Origin: Gekko japonicus
Lineage: Eukaryota
Direction: 5' to 3'
Assembly: GCF_001447785.1 (NCBI RefSeq)
Contig: NW_015161948.1
Span: 1,203,556 to 1,267,555, forward strand
DNA length: 64,000 nucleotides
Below the pieces are notes generated by a model. It ran no database searches. It was not told where the DNA came from and worked only from the letters and a program-made list of their open reading frames with translations. Every line of letters starts with the position of its first letter. Within the stretch, counting starts at the first letter, position 1. Position numbers and translations under genes: made by a program. Below are positions 36,298-49,540 of the stretch, piece by piece.

Positions 36298-38659
36298 ATA
36301 CTAACAAGATTGCTGTCGCCAGATCAGACTCCTCAGTTTCTAACAATATTCACTCTGCTACTTATCTTTTCAAGCATCCTTTGCCTGTGCATGAATCTAG
36401 AAAGGAATGATCCTAGAAATTATTTGAACTCCCAAACATAAAGCCTGTTTAATAACAGAGTGATTGCTTCCTGGAACTGATGTTTATTTTTTGGATGCTT
36501 GGGTATCTGAGAAAGCAGTTGTGGAGGAAAGAATGTCTGTATTCCTGATTGTTTTGTATTTTAAAGTAATAGGTCCATTGTATTTTACAGCAAAATCCAG
36601 GACCAACAAATGGGGTCCCAATTGTATCTTTTATTCATTTAATGTGGCAGTATAACTTCATAACAAAAGGCCTATTGGATTAGCTGATAAATTAAGCTTA
36701 GCCGTGCTGCAATTCATCATCTCCCTTTCCACACACACGGTGGTACTATTTGATCTGTCCAGTGATTTGCCCTAGCAAGCCTTTCCTATTGTAATTACTG
36801 TGGTCTGTAAGGAGAGGATATGTAGGGAGCTCAACTGTATCTAACAGGAATGCTAAACTCCTGTGAAACTTGGATGGGTTCTCAAAGCCTTCCTCTTGGC
36901 AGAGCCTAGACAAAGCTGAGTCTCTCAGCAGTCACTTTGCTGGTCGGCAGCTCATTTGAAGAGCATCTGTTTCAAATTTATCGTTCTCTGTTGTCATGCT
37001 TCAGTGTAACAGATTCTGGTTCTTGCTTCTCCTCTCTGCAGACCCTTTTACCAACTGCAGCCCCAGCTGAGCCTTCTCCCAGGGGCCTCAGTAACACCTT
37101 AGGCCAGCCTGCCCCAAAGGAACAGAAGAGCAGGTGCTGAGCGGGATATAGACAGTGGAGTAATTCTCTACTGCATCCCAGAACACACACATGGGCATGC
37201 AGGGTGCCACACGCGGCTTTCCCATTTCACAGCCTCTCATTAGTTTGATGTCTGTGGGGTGATTGTAATGAGGGGTTTATCGTGTCTATAATGAAAGATC
37301 TTTGCACTAATAATATTAGAAAAGGGGGGGAAGGAACTGTCATAAGCCAGGCTCATGTACCCACCATTGCTATAAAGTGTTTGAAAGAGGAACGTTTATA
37401 TTTTCTCAGAAATATTTTGAGCTATGTCCTGCTCATACCTTCCAGTGACTTAACCCACCATTTCTTCTCTTGAGAATGATGGCAAATCTGAGCAATTCAG
37501 AAAACTGCTCTATCATGTGCAATGCTTATAGTTAGTTACTAATACCAGCTACTTATACAAAACAGTTGTACAGTTTTATTACAAATTTGCTCCAAAAACA
37601 AATGCTGATTTCCCCCCCCCCACTCTCTTGTGAGCAGGACTGATTGCTTATCAAGGTTTACCAATATTTGGGCTGTAATTTTTTTATGGAGGCTCACTAA
37701 CAGTTTGAGAACCTCTAATATTTACCTCTGAGAGCAAACAGTGACTCCATATCATACAAATTATACAAAGTTATTATGGTATAGGAATGAAATACTGAAC
37801 TATGATATACATCAAATTTCATAAGAAACAATACTGAGGAAAAATTCCAGCTGTATTCTTATCCTTTTTCACTATCTGATTTTACTCTCTCTTACTACCT
37901 CTCTCTACCAGCCCATGTTAACTATATTTGCTCTCTTTTCTGATGTTTCAATTTAGCACCAACCACAGATACTGTAATCTTCCCACTGAGTTCTGAGAAG
38001 TTGTGCTGTTGATGAGATAAGGAATGCTTTCCTCGTGGAAAATGCAGCTCCACAACTTGCCAGGTTAGCCATGTTTTGGAACTATTTTAGATTCCCTCTG
38101 ATTCCCATTATTATTGTTCCACAAGGAGTTGTCACAAGATTCATGTGCTGCTTGTGGAAGTATATATGATGGGAAAGGTGGAATCAGTTGGTTTTGGTTT
38201 CATCACCTTGTGACGGGTTCACTGACTGCCAAGTGCACACCAGCATAATCCAATACTGTTAAAAACTTTGAATCTAGTCACCTCACTCACAGCTTATAAG
38301 GGAGTACCTGTGACACCAATGCAAAAAAATGGGGCTATGCCATCCAGTGATTTGGTGATATCCAATTCACAAACTATCTATGGCCCTTGCTTGCGTAGTC
38401 ACCTTGTAGGCATGTCCTTCATAGTATTCAGAAGCTAGATTGGAGGTGTTGTGGCAAGGTTTAGAAATTATTTTGAAATTTAAGATATTTACAAAGAAAA
38501 CTATGAACCTATGTGTGAAAGAATTGGCCCTGTTCTACACACAGGTCCAGCTAGACAGGCAAAGTTATGGGTTTCAGTGTTTCCAGAGCTTAGATTTCTC
38601 AGGTACCAGGGAACCTTCTAGGATATGCTGAACCTGTACAAAACAGACAGGCTTCACTT

Positions 38660-39797
38660 GAATTAACAGGAAACAGAGTATAAATGGGCAATTTTCATAG
38701 TGGAAAGTGGTAAGCAGTGGGGTACCACAGGGCTTGGTACTAGGTCTAGTGCTTTTTAAATTGTTCATTAATTATTTGGAGTTGGGAATAAGCAGTGAAG
38801 TGGCTAGGTTTGCAGATGACACTAAGCTGTTCAGGGCCGTGAGAACCAGGGAGGAGTGTGAGAAGCTCCAGAGGGATCTGTCAAGGCTGGGCAAGTGGGT
38901 ATCAACATGGCAAATGAGGTTCAGCGTAGACAAGTACAAAATAATGCACATTGAAGCCAAAAATTTTAACTGGTGGTATACCAGGAGAGAGATCTTGGAG
39001 TCATGGTAGATAACTCACTGAAGATGTTGACTCAGTTTGTGACTGCAATAAAAAAGGCAAATGCTATGCAGGGGATTATTAGGAAGGGGATAGAAAACAA
39101 ATCAGCCAGTATCATAATGCTCCTGTATAAATCAATGGTGCAGCCTCATTTGGAATACTGTGTACAGTTCTGGTCACCGCACCACAAAAAAGATACTATA
39201 GCGTTGGAAAAGATGCAGAAAAGGGCAGCTGAAATGTTTAAGGGGATGGAACACCTTCCCTATGAAGAAAGGCTAAAGAGGTTAGGGTTCTTTAGCTTGG
39301 AGAAACGATGATTGAGGGGTGACATGATAGAGGTTTACATAATTATGCATGGGATAGCGAAGGCAGAGAAAGAAGTACTTTTCTCCCTTTCTCACAATAA
39401 AAAAACTCATGGACATTCAATGAAATTACTGAGCAGTAGGCTTAGAACAGAACAATGGAAGTCCTTCTTCACCCAAAGAGTAATTAACACATGGAATTAA
39501 CTACCGCAAGAAGTGGCGGCATCTACAAGCATAGACGGCTTCAAGAGGGAACTAAATAAACATATGGGCCAGAGGTCCATCAGTGGCTATTAGTCACCAA
39601 GTATAGATGCTATGTCTGGGACAGTGATGCTGTGTATTCTTGGTGCTCGGGGGGGGGAATGGTGGGGGGGCTTCTAGTGTCCTGGCCCCACTGGTGGACC
39701 TCCTGATGGCACCAGGTATTTTTGGCCATTGTGTGACAGAGTGTTGGACTGGATGGGCCATTGGCCTGATCCAACATTGGCTTCTCTTATGTTCTTA
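38660..39797 (+). mobile_element. 5'-truncated CR1 LINE, degenerate
   Basis: SGVPQGLVLG, FADDTKL, ERDLGVMVD and [11 protein letters not shown] motifs; CR1 UTR and tail. Confidence 0.92.
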
Positions 39798-42009
39798 CGA
39801 CAACGGAGGGAAAATCTTGCCTCTTGAGGAGGGAGGGAAGTGGATGGGCTGTCATAGTATCTTACCAGAATCATATACTGAGTCCACCTGGGTGACCTAG
39901 TACTCTCATTTTGTGTTCTTTAACCACTTGATTGCTGCAATTTTCTCTCTTAAACTATGAATATTTATGATTACAAACCAAATTTACATCTCATGGAATG
40001 GGAACACATGCTCATCTCCCCATTAATGTACTTCCCTTATGTCTGGGAATTCTGGGTCTATAAGCAAGTGTAATGAAATAGCCAAAAGGAGTTAAGTAAG
40101 CGAACCTCAAAATGCATACAATTAAAAAAACAGAGTTTTAATTAGCCATAAGTTACAATAAAGTAACAACCAGTAGACCATATACATACAAATGTATCCA
40201 AATATATATACGAAATTTTCCTAATGCTTAGCACATATTGTAGACTTGTAATAGAGTTGGAAGTGAGGAAAGTTCTTACAATCTACATTCATAACAAGGC
40301 TTCTTTGAAGTCCTGTCACTATGAGATGTAGGCACATAACCAGATCAAAAGTTGGGTAGGATAATATTTGTACAAGCATCCAACAGCAATTGTCATTTTG
40401 ATTGTCCGTTACAGATCTTTTCCCTCCCCAAAAAGCTTGAACTCTCACTTAGTGGTGTGGCAAGGAGATGATCACCACAGGGGACTGGGGCAGAGAATAT
40501 CGCACTGTTATGGGCAGCACTGGGAAAGATCTGGACTTTCCCCATCTATACAGCAGCCATTAGGGGCAGCCTGGGTTTTGGGGCACCCTAAGCTAGGACA
40601 GGGAAGCTGCCACTCCCCCTCCTCCCCCAGCACTATGCTGCAGGAGGCTGCCGCACATCCTCCTCACCCAACACCGTACTATGGGGAGACAGAAGAGGGA
40701 AGGAGGAAGGGGTGGGGAGGAGCAGGCTTCCTGTGGGCCACAGTGAAGGGAAGGGAGGGGAGGAGCCGACATCCTGTGGACCACTCACTGGGGGTGGGGG
40801 CACCTCTTGGGGCTGCTGCTTGCAATTGCAGACCTTGCTACTTCAGGGTGGCGGAGCACTGAGGGCTGGTTGGTGCCCCTCCATCTCTGGTGTCCTAGTG
40901 GACAGGGCAGGCCCTGGCACCCATCCCTTGTCCATATGATCTTTCCAAGAAGATTGTAGTAAAGCAGGTTTTCAAAAGATAGTTGGAAGACTGGAAGGTG
41001 CACAAGAGTGCCATAATGCTGTGTGGAGACAAGGAAAAATACCCTCATCCTAATAGCATTGGAACTGGGCCAAACACCTTGTGTAGAAGTGGCTGATATT
41101 TTCCAGGCCCGCTCCCACCCAAAGGTGTGGCCCATAAAGTGGGTCAGTTCATTATTGCCACCATTCACACAGAGGGGTTTGGGCACACAGGCACATTTTC
41201 CAGCCTCCTTACCTTGCTTCTTTTCACTGTAGTAACCTTTCAAATGAAAGTATGCTGACTTCTCCCATTGATATACAGTGGGATGAAATGAATAGATCAT
41301 ATACTCAGAATATTTTAATGAAAGGAAGGAATTACAACACCAGAAAGAAGTGGGGTGATGAATGGATAAATTTTTAGTTACAGTGAAGTCAGTTGAGCAA
41401 TAGAACTGGCAGATAGGTTTGTGTACCCAGATATATCTGGTTCAAATAGATACCTGAAAAAGGGAGATGGGCTGTGGCTTCCCCCATACCTATGCAGAGG
41501 TCTGCCCCATAGCAGCCTTCTACCACCCCATCCTCTGGCTGGGATGGTGCAATGAAGAGGCCTAGCAAGGCCTTCTTCATTGAGGCTGCAGGAGCAGCAC
41601 TGTCTGCAGAGATACCTGAGGTAGGTGCTGGATCTAGGCTATGGTCTTCTGCTCAGACTACCCCTCTCCTGGATGTTGTGACTCAGCAGCAGCTGCAGGA
41701 GCAGCCTGAGCTGTCTTTTGGGTTGAACTTGGAGAATGAGAGTTTTCAGGCTCTCAAGTGCATCCCAAGGACCCAGAGACTGCTGGAGGAACAAGAGGAG
41801 CTGGCTGGCAATTCCTCCAGTGTCTAGCAGAACTTCTAAGGAGAGGAAGAAGAGATGGAGGGCACCCTGAGATGCTGCCATCTTAACCCCGTCTCCCTTG
41901 GGCATCCCCTGCCCCCCCCCCAAACACAGAGTGCCTTTCCTGAGCACCTCACAGGAGGTGGCTCCAGCAGTGCCTGCATCTGTTAGTCAGGCTGAGGGCT
42001 CCTATACCC

Positions 42010-43083
42010 TCTCCATCTAGAAGCACTTCCAGCGGATGGAAGATTCCCATTTCACACAATGCCAGCTGTGTAGGGCTAGGACTGGTTGAGGGGAAGACCT
42101 GGCTCATCTCTCAATACCCAGGCTCAAGAACCATTTGAAGACATATCACCAAACTGTGCTTGGGGGGGTGGGGGGCTGGTTTGGGGCATGCAGCTGCCAG
42201 CCAAGAAGGGAATTGCTGTGTGCCCTCCGGGTCTTCCCTAGAGAAAGGATGCCAAGTGTCTCTGACAGATGTTTGGTATGACTGGTGCTAGGGTGCCAAG
42301 GGGTGGGCAGTAGCAGACTGGGAAGAGGGTGAGATGATTGCTGTATATGAGCAGCCATTTTCTGTTTTTGAGGATGCTTGGTTCTGCAGGCTGCTCTGAG
42401 ATTCCTATCCCTGGCACATGATCATTGCTCGCATCATGCTGAGCAAAACCATGGCGTCCTCTCTGTTTAGGGCTGCCAGGAACCATACAAAGGCACAGTT
42501 GGTCCATCCTCATGGGAGAACTGCACACTTCACAGGCAATGTTTGGAGCTACTCTCAGGCACAGGAGATACACTTCTTCATGACTGCTCATTGGTGGCAA
42601 CCTATGGATGGTTCTGGGTGGGCATGGGACAATCAGAGCTGGGCAAGGTGAGAGGGCCTGCCAGGCCAGATGTTGCCAAGCTTTGTTCTGTGCTAAGGTC
42701 CTAGACAAGGTGTCCATGTTGGCCAACATCTCTGCTGCCATCAAGAAGCAGTTAGTGGCATGAGTAGGCATGGATCTCCTTGGCTACATACTGATTGATG
42801 GCGGTGTAAATATTAGGGCAGAGGCACAGGCTGTGGGCCTGAGGTGCTTTTATTGTGTGGTCTACCTCCTTCACCTGGTGCTGAAGGATGCTTTGGGTTT
42901 GGGTCCTGCAGAGAATCCCAAGCAGGATGCTTCAACTTGTGATTTTCAGTGTCTGCTCCAGAGCTGCTGGGATTTCACATGTCACTTCTCACACAGTGTG
43001 AAGGCTACCTATCACCTGTGCCAGAAGCAGGTTCTGAGGGGTGTGCCAGAGCACTGCCTGATCAGGGATGTCAGCCTTTGGTA
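42010..43083 (+). pseudogene. hAT (Ac/ZBED-like) transposase fossil
   Basis: BED finger remnant KHF...C-x2-C...L.NHL...H (~42015-42150); HFTGNVWS...MTAHWW (first catalytic D region); IDGGVNI...C..YLLHLVLKDAL; HFSHS...HCLIRDVSLW; multiple stops and frameshifts. Confidence 0.8.
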
Positions 43084-45967
43084 GGAGCTTAATATGTGGA
43101 AATGGGCAACTGAAACTTTTCATGGAATGGAGGGAAATAACATCCTGTTAAACCTTTATTGAAGGGGCATGTTTTTCTCCCTCTAGACTCCCCCCCCCCC
43201 CCGCTGTCCTGGTTTCATAAAATGATAATTATAATAGCTTAACTTGTACCAGTTGGTCTGTGGCACTTTAAAGAAGGTCCCCAAATCACTGCCTAAAGGA
43301 GGGTATTCTGAATTAGGTAGAGGTGTTGCTTTGCTTCTTTTTTGTGTGTGCCATTTATCTAAAACATCTAAACACACCTCTCTATCAAGCATTCATTGTA
43401 TTAGGTAAACTGCATTGTTAGTAATACAGATGTTACCATTAATGGCTGATGTTGTCAGTTGTCAATATAAATTTGTTGCTGCTTGCTCTGTTATATTGCT
43501 GTTGGGTCCAGTCTGCTGTTTTGTTTTCTCAAGTGAGGCCTCCCAACATGCACTTGAGTAGATGAGAAGATAGGAGTGGAGATGAAATAACTAATTGACT
43601 TTGCCTCATCTGTCTGCTTGGCTACTTCAGTGCTATGAAAAGGCACATGTACTTGTCAAGTGGACACAAAAAAGAGGTCAAGATGTCTATTTTACTATGG
43701 CCAGGTCATGACCTCAGCCTCTGTGGCCAGTATCTTCAAATCCCCACAAGGCAATGGGCCTGTGGTGTGCCTGACCATGTGTGTGAGAGAAAGAAACCCT
43801 CCCACTGAGAATGTAATTAAAGCAGCTTGAAAACAGAGGGGGGAACTATGCGTTCTCTGGGGCTCATTTTATTCCAGCTTTGATTAATGAGGTTGGGTAG
43901 AGTTAATGAACAGAGAGTTTAAAAGAGTGTGCAGCCCAAGCTGATAGATCTCCCTTCTCTTGGGAACTTGCTATGGGTTTTGGGCAGCAACAATGATCCA
44001 GCAATGGGGGTTTTAAGGGATCAGGTGCTGTCCCTATCTCCTTAGATCATTTATGCAGAGAATTATCTCCAATGGTATTTCTCCTCTTTCTCTTGGCCGG
44101 GACACAACTGACTTAACCTCCTTGGGTTTGTAGCTAGAATAGCCAGTGGGAGCTCCTTGACCAAACCAGGCCATGTGAAGCACTTAGCTTTGTTCTTGGT
44201 TCCCTAAGGGGTTTCATTGTCTATATATAAAACTGCTCTTTCACTTGTATACACAGAGAGTGTCAGAAGCCCTTTTTAGCTTGAGCCATCAAAGATTTCT
44301 GTCTCCTTTTTATGTTCCTTGGTTGTTTGTGTTTGATTACTCCCTTAGCCAGCACATTTTAAAAGATGCATTCCTTGTAATGCAGATATTGAGTGTACTA
44401 TGCAATTCTGTGCCTTCTGCAGAATCCAGATAATCTCAGTTTTCCTTAAAAGGAAAAAGTTTCTGGACATTGTGACTAGAGAGATATGCCTGAATGTAGA
44501 CAGTTTCTATTTTAAATAAAGATTTGAAATCTGAGAGTTGCTGTTAGAGGCGGAAATCTTTTGAACTCAGTTCTCAATCCTTTGTTAGCCAAATTGCTTT
44601 ATTTTCTTAATAAATGTGGGGAATTATGAATATTCATTGGCAACAGGCATTAACTATGGGACCAATAACCTAGGTATACGAAAGTCCAACTTATCCAGAT
44701 CCCAGAAATAGACACTGAGGCTAGATCTTAAAAAGCAGTGATTTCTTAGTAGGGGATTCTCACACATACAAATATAAAATCAAACATACACACATACAAT
44801 ACAGAGCTAAGAATTCAGATAGAAAAGTACAGACACATTTGCATTAGCAGGGAGTATCGTTGGTGGTGTGATACTGTATCTGTCCAGCAAGACGAGTGGG
44901 GCAAAAAAGGGACAGAATAAGGAAAGGGATCGTGGGCTGTCCAGCAACACACGTAGGAGGTTCCAAACAGCGCTAGGAATGGAACCAGTGATATAGGGTG
45001 GGCTTAGGAGAGGTAAAGCAAGAGATCAATGGGGTGATGCTTTCCTTTTATACCTTAAAATGACTTGAAGCTGTGCTTCTTTAGTCACGTCATCCCCAGG
45101 AAGTACTAGAAAAATCTAGATGCTACTAAGTTAGGAGAATGGGATTAATTGTTGGACAATTGAAATAATGTTTCACTAATAGTGACACCTCTTAAGGGGA
45201 ATGGGGGAAGACAAAAGAAAGAAAAGAATGATGATGTCCCAGCTCCATTGCCGGTAGTTTGTATTAACGATCCGATAGTTAACAGCTGTGTTATCAGGAT
45301 GGGTGGCTGGCTGGCAGGGTTGCCTGCTCACTAATCCTCTCATGGAAGAAGTTCTTTTGTTGAGGCTGAAGTTGCATACTTGCTTCACCTGGGGCTGTCA
45401 CTATGCAGGGGTGGGGGGGGAGGTGCCTGCATGATGGAGAAGAGAGTTTTCTATGGTGTCTGTGAAGGAATGTCCAGGTTCCCTTTGCAGAGCAAGGCTT
45501 CTCTTCGGTGAACTGCTGCTGGCTCCGCGTGCTTGCAGGGTCGGGGAGGCTGGTTTGCCTTCTGGCATCAGGCTGCAGAGGTGCAGGAACGAGAGGCATC
45601 GAGTCTTCAGTGGGTCCACATCTGGTTAGGCACGTTGCTTCAGGACAAGGTTTCCCTTGCCTGGGCACATGCCAACTGTCCAGTAGGGTGGCACAGTCTC
45701 ATGGCTACTGTTCACTCCATTTTCCTGGCACACTATTTGCACAGTCCAGCTTTACAGTCATAGTCCACAGCTATTATAGTTGTTGTATAAGGTGGCAGCA
45801 TGGCAACACCTTCCCTGCCTCCATTTTCTTTGACTGTTAATCACAAGTGATCATAAAAATAAGACTGTCTGTACTTCTAAAAAGGGAACAGGAAAATACA
45901 CAATATATAAACGAGGCATTAGCAATGAAACAAGGGGGAACCTGTATTACATATTTTATGCCTCTTG

Positions 45968-46165
45968 TAGAAGGTTGACAACTCTGGGTTGGGATATACC
46001 TGGAGAATTTGGGGGTGGAGCCTAGGGAGGGACTCAGTGGGGTATAATACAATAGAGTCCACCTTCCAAAGTATCCATTTTCTCCAGGGGGACTGATCTC
46101 TGTCACCAGGAGATCAATTCTAATTCCAGGAGGTCTCCTGGCCCACCTGGAGGTTGACAGCCCTG
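45968..46165. mobile_element. Short hAT-like MITE (TAGGGTTG-type ends)
   Basis: Ends AGAAGGTTGACAACTC ... GAGGTTGACAGCCCT; related degenerate element at ~34169-34349. Confidence 0.55.
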
Positions 46166-47941
46166 TGTCTTGTACTGGGCAAGAACTACATAAGCTTCCT
46201 CTATCTCACACCTGTGAAGAAAGAGAAGCGCAGAAATTGCACAATGGGAAAAGGGGTGAAGAGAGGAACTTGCTGTTTAGGAAAAGGGCACAACTGGGTA
46301 GAAGTCAATTCTGTCCCCTTCGTTTGGGTGATCATTGAATGAGTGACCTGGTGATGGGGGAAAAGGAGGTTCTTCAAAAGAAGAATTGGCGTGTCGAAAA
46401 TTATCACATCTGCAAGTTGCTAGTATGTATAATACCAACAGTTTAACATTAGCCTCAGTTCTATCAGTGTGAAAGCTGAGTAGTCGAGGACTTTAGCAAA
46501 GAGATGGTTATTGGGCTGGCTTATAATCATACGGAGTTCTTATCTCCTTTTAGCAGCTAAAATCCCTCTGAGGAGCTAGATTAACAAAAGGACTCTCACA
46601 GTGAATGAGGAAGCAAATCCTGTGGTTGTTCAATCAGTGCAAGTGACTACATCCAAGAACAAGTAGGGGACACACAAGAAGAGAGAGGCTTGCAGGTCCG
46701 AAGTGAGTGGGGACAGTCTGTCTAGAGTTGCCGTCTAGTTTAGCACCAGAATCAACAGGTGTACGTAGGACCAGTAGGCTCTGTAAAATGAAATTAAAGT
46801 GAGTCGCAGCTTGTAAAGTTATTGACACGAGCAGAGCTGTACCCCCATTATTTCCTCCGGCAAACACTGTCCATTCGTTTTCTACTGAACTAGTTATGAA
46901 ACAAGACTGAAATAGGTTGATAATGTGTAGAGCTCATAACATTTTAAAAGTAAGTAAAGATCTCAATTAGTTATTATCCTGAGCATAATCTAAGACCTGA
47001 CATCGTTACTATGTCATACTAAAAAAACTAAATAACTTCTGAAATATGCCCTGCCACAGAACTCAGTAGTGCTACATTCTGTGATGTGTGAATGTTTATG
47101 TAAAAATAGTTACAGCTATTCTGCTTTTGATCAGTTCCAATTGTAATCCTTTGTAATAAACAAGATGTCCAGCCTAACACAACTTCACTTAACTTGTGCA
47201 CTGACCTTTTATGGAGTTTAGTACAAAATGGAAAAATAGCTCTGATTTGTCTGCCCCAAATTTAAAGTGTAAGCATGCTTGTTTATACGTGTGAATAATA
47301 CTGCACTGATTGCTCAGTTATATTGGAGAACTGGGAAGGGATCAATTGTATGGTGGGTGTTAATGTATTTGTAAAGGAAGAGCTGATGTTAAATGTACCT
47401 AAGTCTCTTCTGATTGTTAGCCCCTGGTAATTGTGCTTCATGGTTGGGAAAGCTCTGTTTGTTCTTGCCTGCTTAATTCCAGTTGCCTTTGTTAGTGGTA
47501 TTCCATTTCTCACATTAGCCAAAATGCTTTAATTACAGAGCCATTTGTACGAATGTTGGTTAAACAAATCAGTGTTTGGAGAAAGCAGGAGTCTTCCGCA
47601 GAACTAATTTCCTCAGCTGGGTGGGAAGGGCTTGAGGAAAAAAATTCTCCCAAAAAGTAATATGGAGTCTAAGCAATCGCAGCTGTCAGGACTCCAGGAT
47701 GGAAGCAATCAGATATGTAATTATACAATTCTAATTACAGGGATTACGGAGATCGTGGCATTACAAATTACATGAGCTGGGGGCATTAGAATACATTAAG
47801 TGCTTACTTGCAAGCAAAACAAAGCAGGTGACTAAGCCAAGGATGCTTTGATTTTTGTAAAAAATGATATGTAAAACTGTTTATTCCTCAGTTCTGTGGT
47901 CTTACTGCACAAAGGCAGAATTTGATAAGAGGCATGCACAC

Positions 47942-47978
47942 ACTATCCTTGATCTTAGCCAAAAGGCCAACAAGTGAT
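47942..47978 (-). pseudogene. 3'-truncated U2 snRNA pseudogene (first ~37 nt)
   Basis: Minus strand ATCACTTGTTGGCCTTTTGGCTAAGATCAAGGATAGT versus U2 5' end ATCGCTTCTCGGCCTTTTGGCTAAGATCAAGTGTAGT. Confidence 0.85.
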
Positions 47979-48113
47979 CCTTTCTAGCTTCACAATGAAT
48001 CAGATATACAGCCACCCCAGCAGAATACTTATTTCAGCTGGAGATTCCAAGCCATTGGAGGGCGTTCACTCTCACTAGATGTCAAGCGCTCCCAACAGCA
48101 ATAGTAACAGGGT

Positions 48114-48852
48114 TGTGACGACCTCTTATTTGGGGAGGTCTAGTTTTACTTTAAAATGTTCTTTCAGTTTTACTCTGTAGGGTTTTCTGGCTGCCACCAG
48201 GGAAATCTAGGTTTTCCCAAACCTTTTCTATAAGATTGTTCCTCTCTGGGTAGGTGTACCATGGGTCTTAGGCATTCATGAAGGTCTATGTGGTCTGAGG
48301 AAGGATTATTTGCTGAGCTGGTATACTTGAAGGAATTAGGATTTATTTAAAGAAAACTTAAATACGAGGGTAAACAATGTAAACAGTACTGGGAAGGAGT
48401 TGAACAAATGCTTGGTGTCTCTCACAAGCTTCTCCTTTACTGACAGGGAGGTTAAAGCAACTTTGTAATCCTTTTCACTGTACTTTTCTTGGACTCTCAG
48501 CTTTCAATTGTAACTCTTATAACACAGAACTTAACACAGAGACTTTTACTCTTATATTTCACACAGGAACTTCTCACACAGAGACCTCAGGACAAAACTC
48601 ATATCAACTGCTTTTACACAGCACACTCTGCTCTGACTAACTTTTTCTGTTAAACCTTAACTGCCATCTCTTCCCCAGTCACTCCTGATAGACATTCAAA
48701 TCATCCACACATCATCCATTCCAAAACCCCTCCCCCTCTCTGTCACTCACCAATCACACCACTTGCCTGTTTCAGCATTCTAGATTGTCCCACACAGCCA
48801 TGCAAACTAAACTTTTAAAGACACACACACACATAAACATGGAATCGTTACA
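48114..48852. mobile_element. Solo LTR (739 bp)
   Basis: TGTGACGA ... TCGTTACA inverted termini; 5-bp TSD AGGGT (48109-48113 / 48853-48857). Confidence 0.88.
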
Positions 48853-49140
48853 AGGGTGATATAAAAAGATTCATTTGAATGAAAGATTATGTCCCTGTGG
48901 CAGTGGCGAGATAGAAGCAACAGAACATGTCCTCCTTTACTGCCCTTTTAATCAAATGAATCACTCAAAGTTTATCTCCCCCCTGTTCAATAGAAACCCT
49001 GGGTGTTCAAATCCAGGATATGTTAAAACGTTGCTCCTGGGAGAAAACCCGCAGGTGACTGCACTTTGTATGGAATTCTCTGCAGCATCCTGCAAAACTC
49101 AACTGAATATTCAAGAATTTAAGGAAACATAAAGTATGAC

Positions 49141-49540
49141 CAGGGGTCATTTCCTGTAGGAGTGCACAGGACTGAAGCTCCAGTGGTAAAGAGCCCAGGG
49201 GGTGGGCACATGCAACAAGCCCCACCCCCTGCTCCCAGCAGTCCTCAGTCAGAGCAAGAAGCAGCCAGGTAAGTTGCAGAGCTCCCCCCGGTCCAAAACA
49301 GTCCAGTGGCATCTTTAAGATCAAGTTTTATTCAGGCACAAGCTCTCCCTCCTCTGCGAGGACAGATCTGCACCCCCCCAATAGCTAGCAATCCAAAACA
49401 GTCCAGTGGAGCCTGAGCAGTGGGTGTTGCCTTCTGACACACCTCCGGTGATGTCAGGGGGGGTGGCATATGCAGATAGGTTATGCTAATGAGTTGTGCT
49501 AATGAGCTCCTGCACCTCTTTTTCTACGAAATGACCCCTG
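49141..49540. mobile_element. Intact 400-bp hAT MITE
   Basis: Perfect 13-bp TIR CAGGGGTCATTTC / GAAATGACCCCTG; perfect 8-bp TSD AGTATGAC. Confidence 0.93.

Noticed and set aside
40785-41300. 171-aa minus-strand ORF as a possible exon
   Set aside because: No recognisable motif or convincing splice context
42010-43083. Domesticated ZBED-type host gene
   Set aside because: Stops, frameshifts, mutated catalytic motifs and truncation
44620-46870. Possible LTR/ERV or LINE 5' UTR remnants
   Set aside because: Composition looks TE-like, but no termini, TSD or protein motif could be fixed by eye
47942-47978. Functional U2 snRNA gene
   Set aside because: Only ~37 nt with several substitutions; no Sm site or 3' stem-loops
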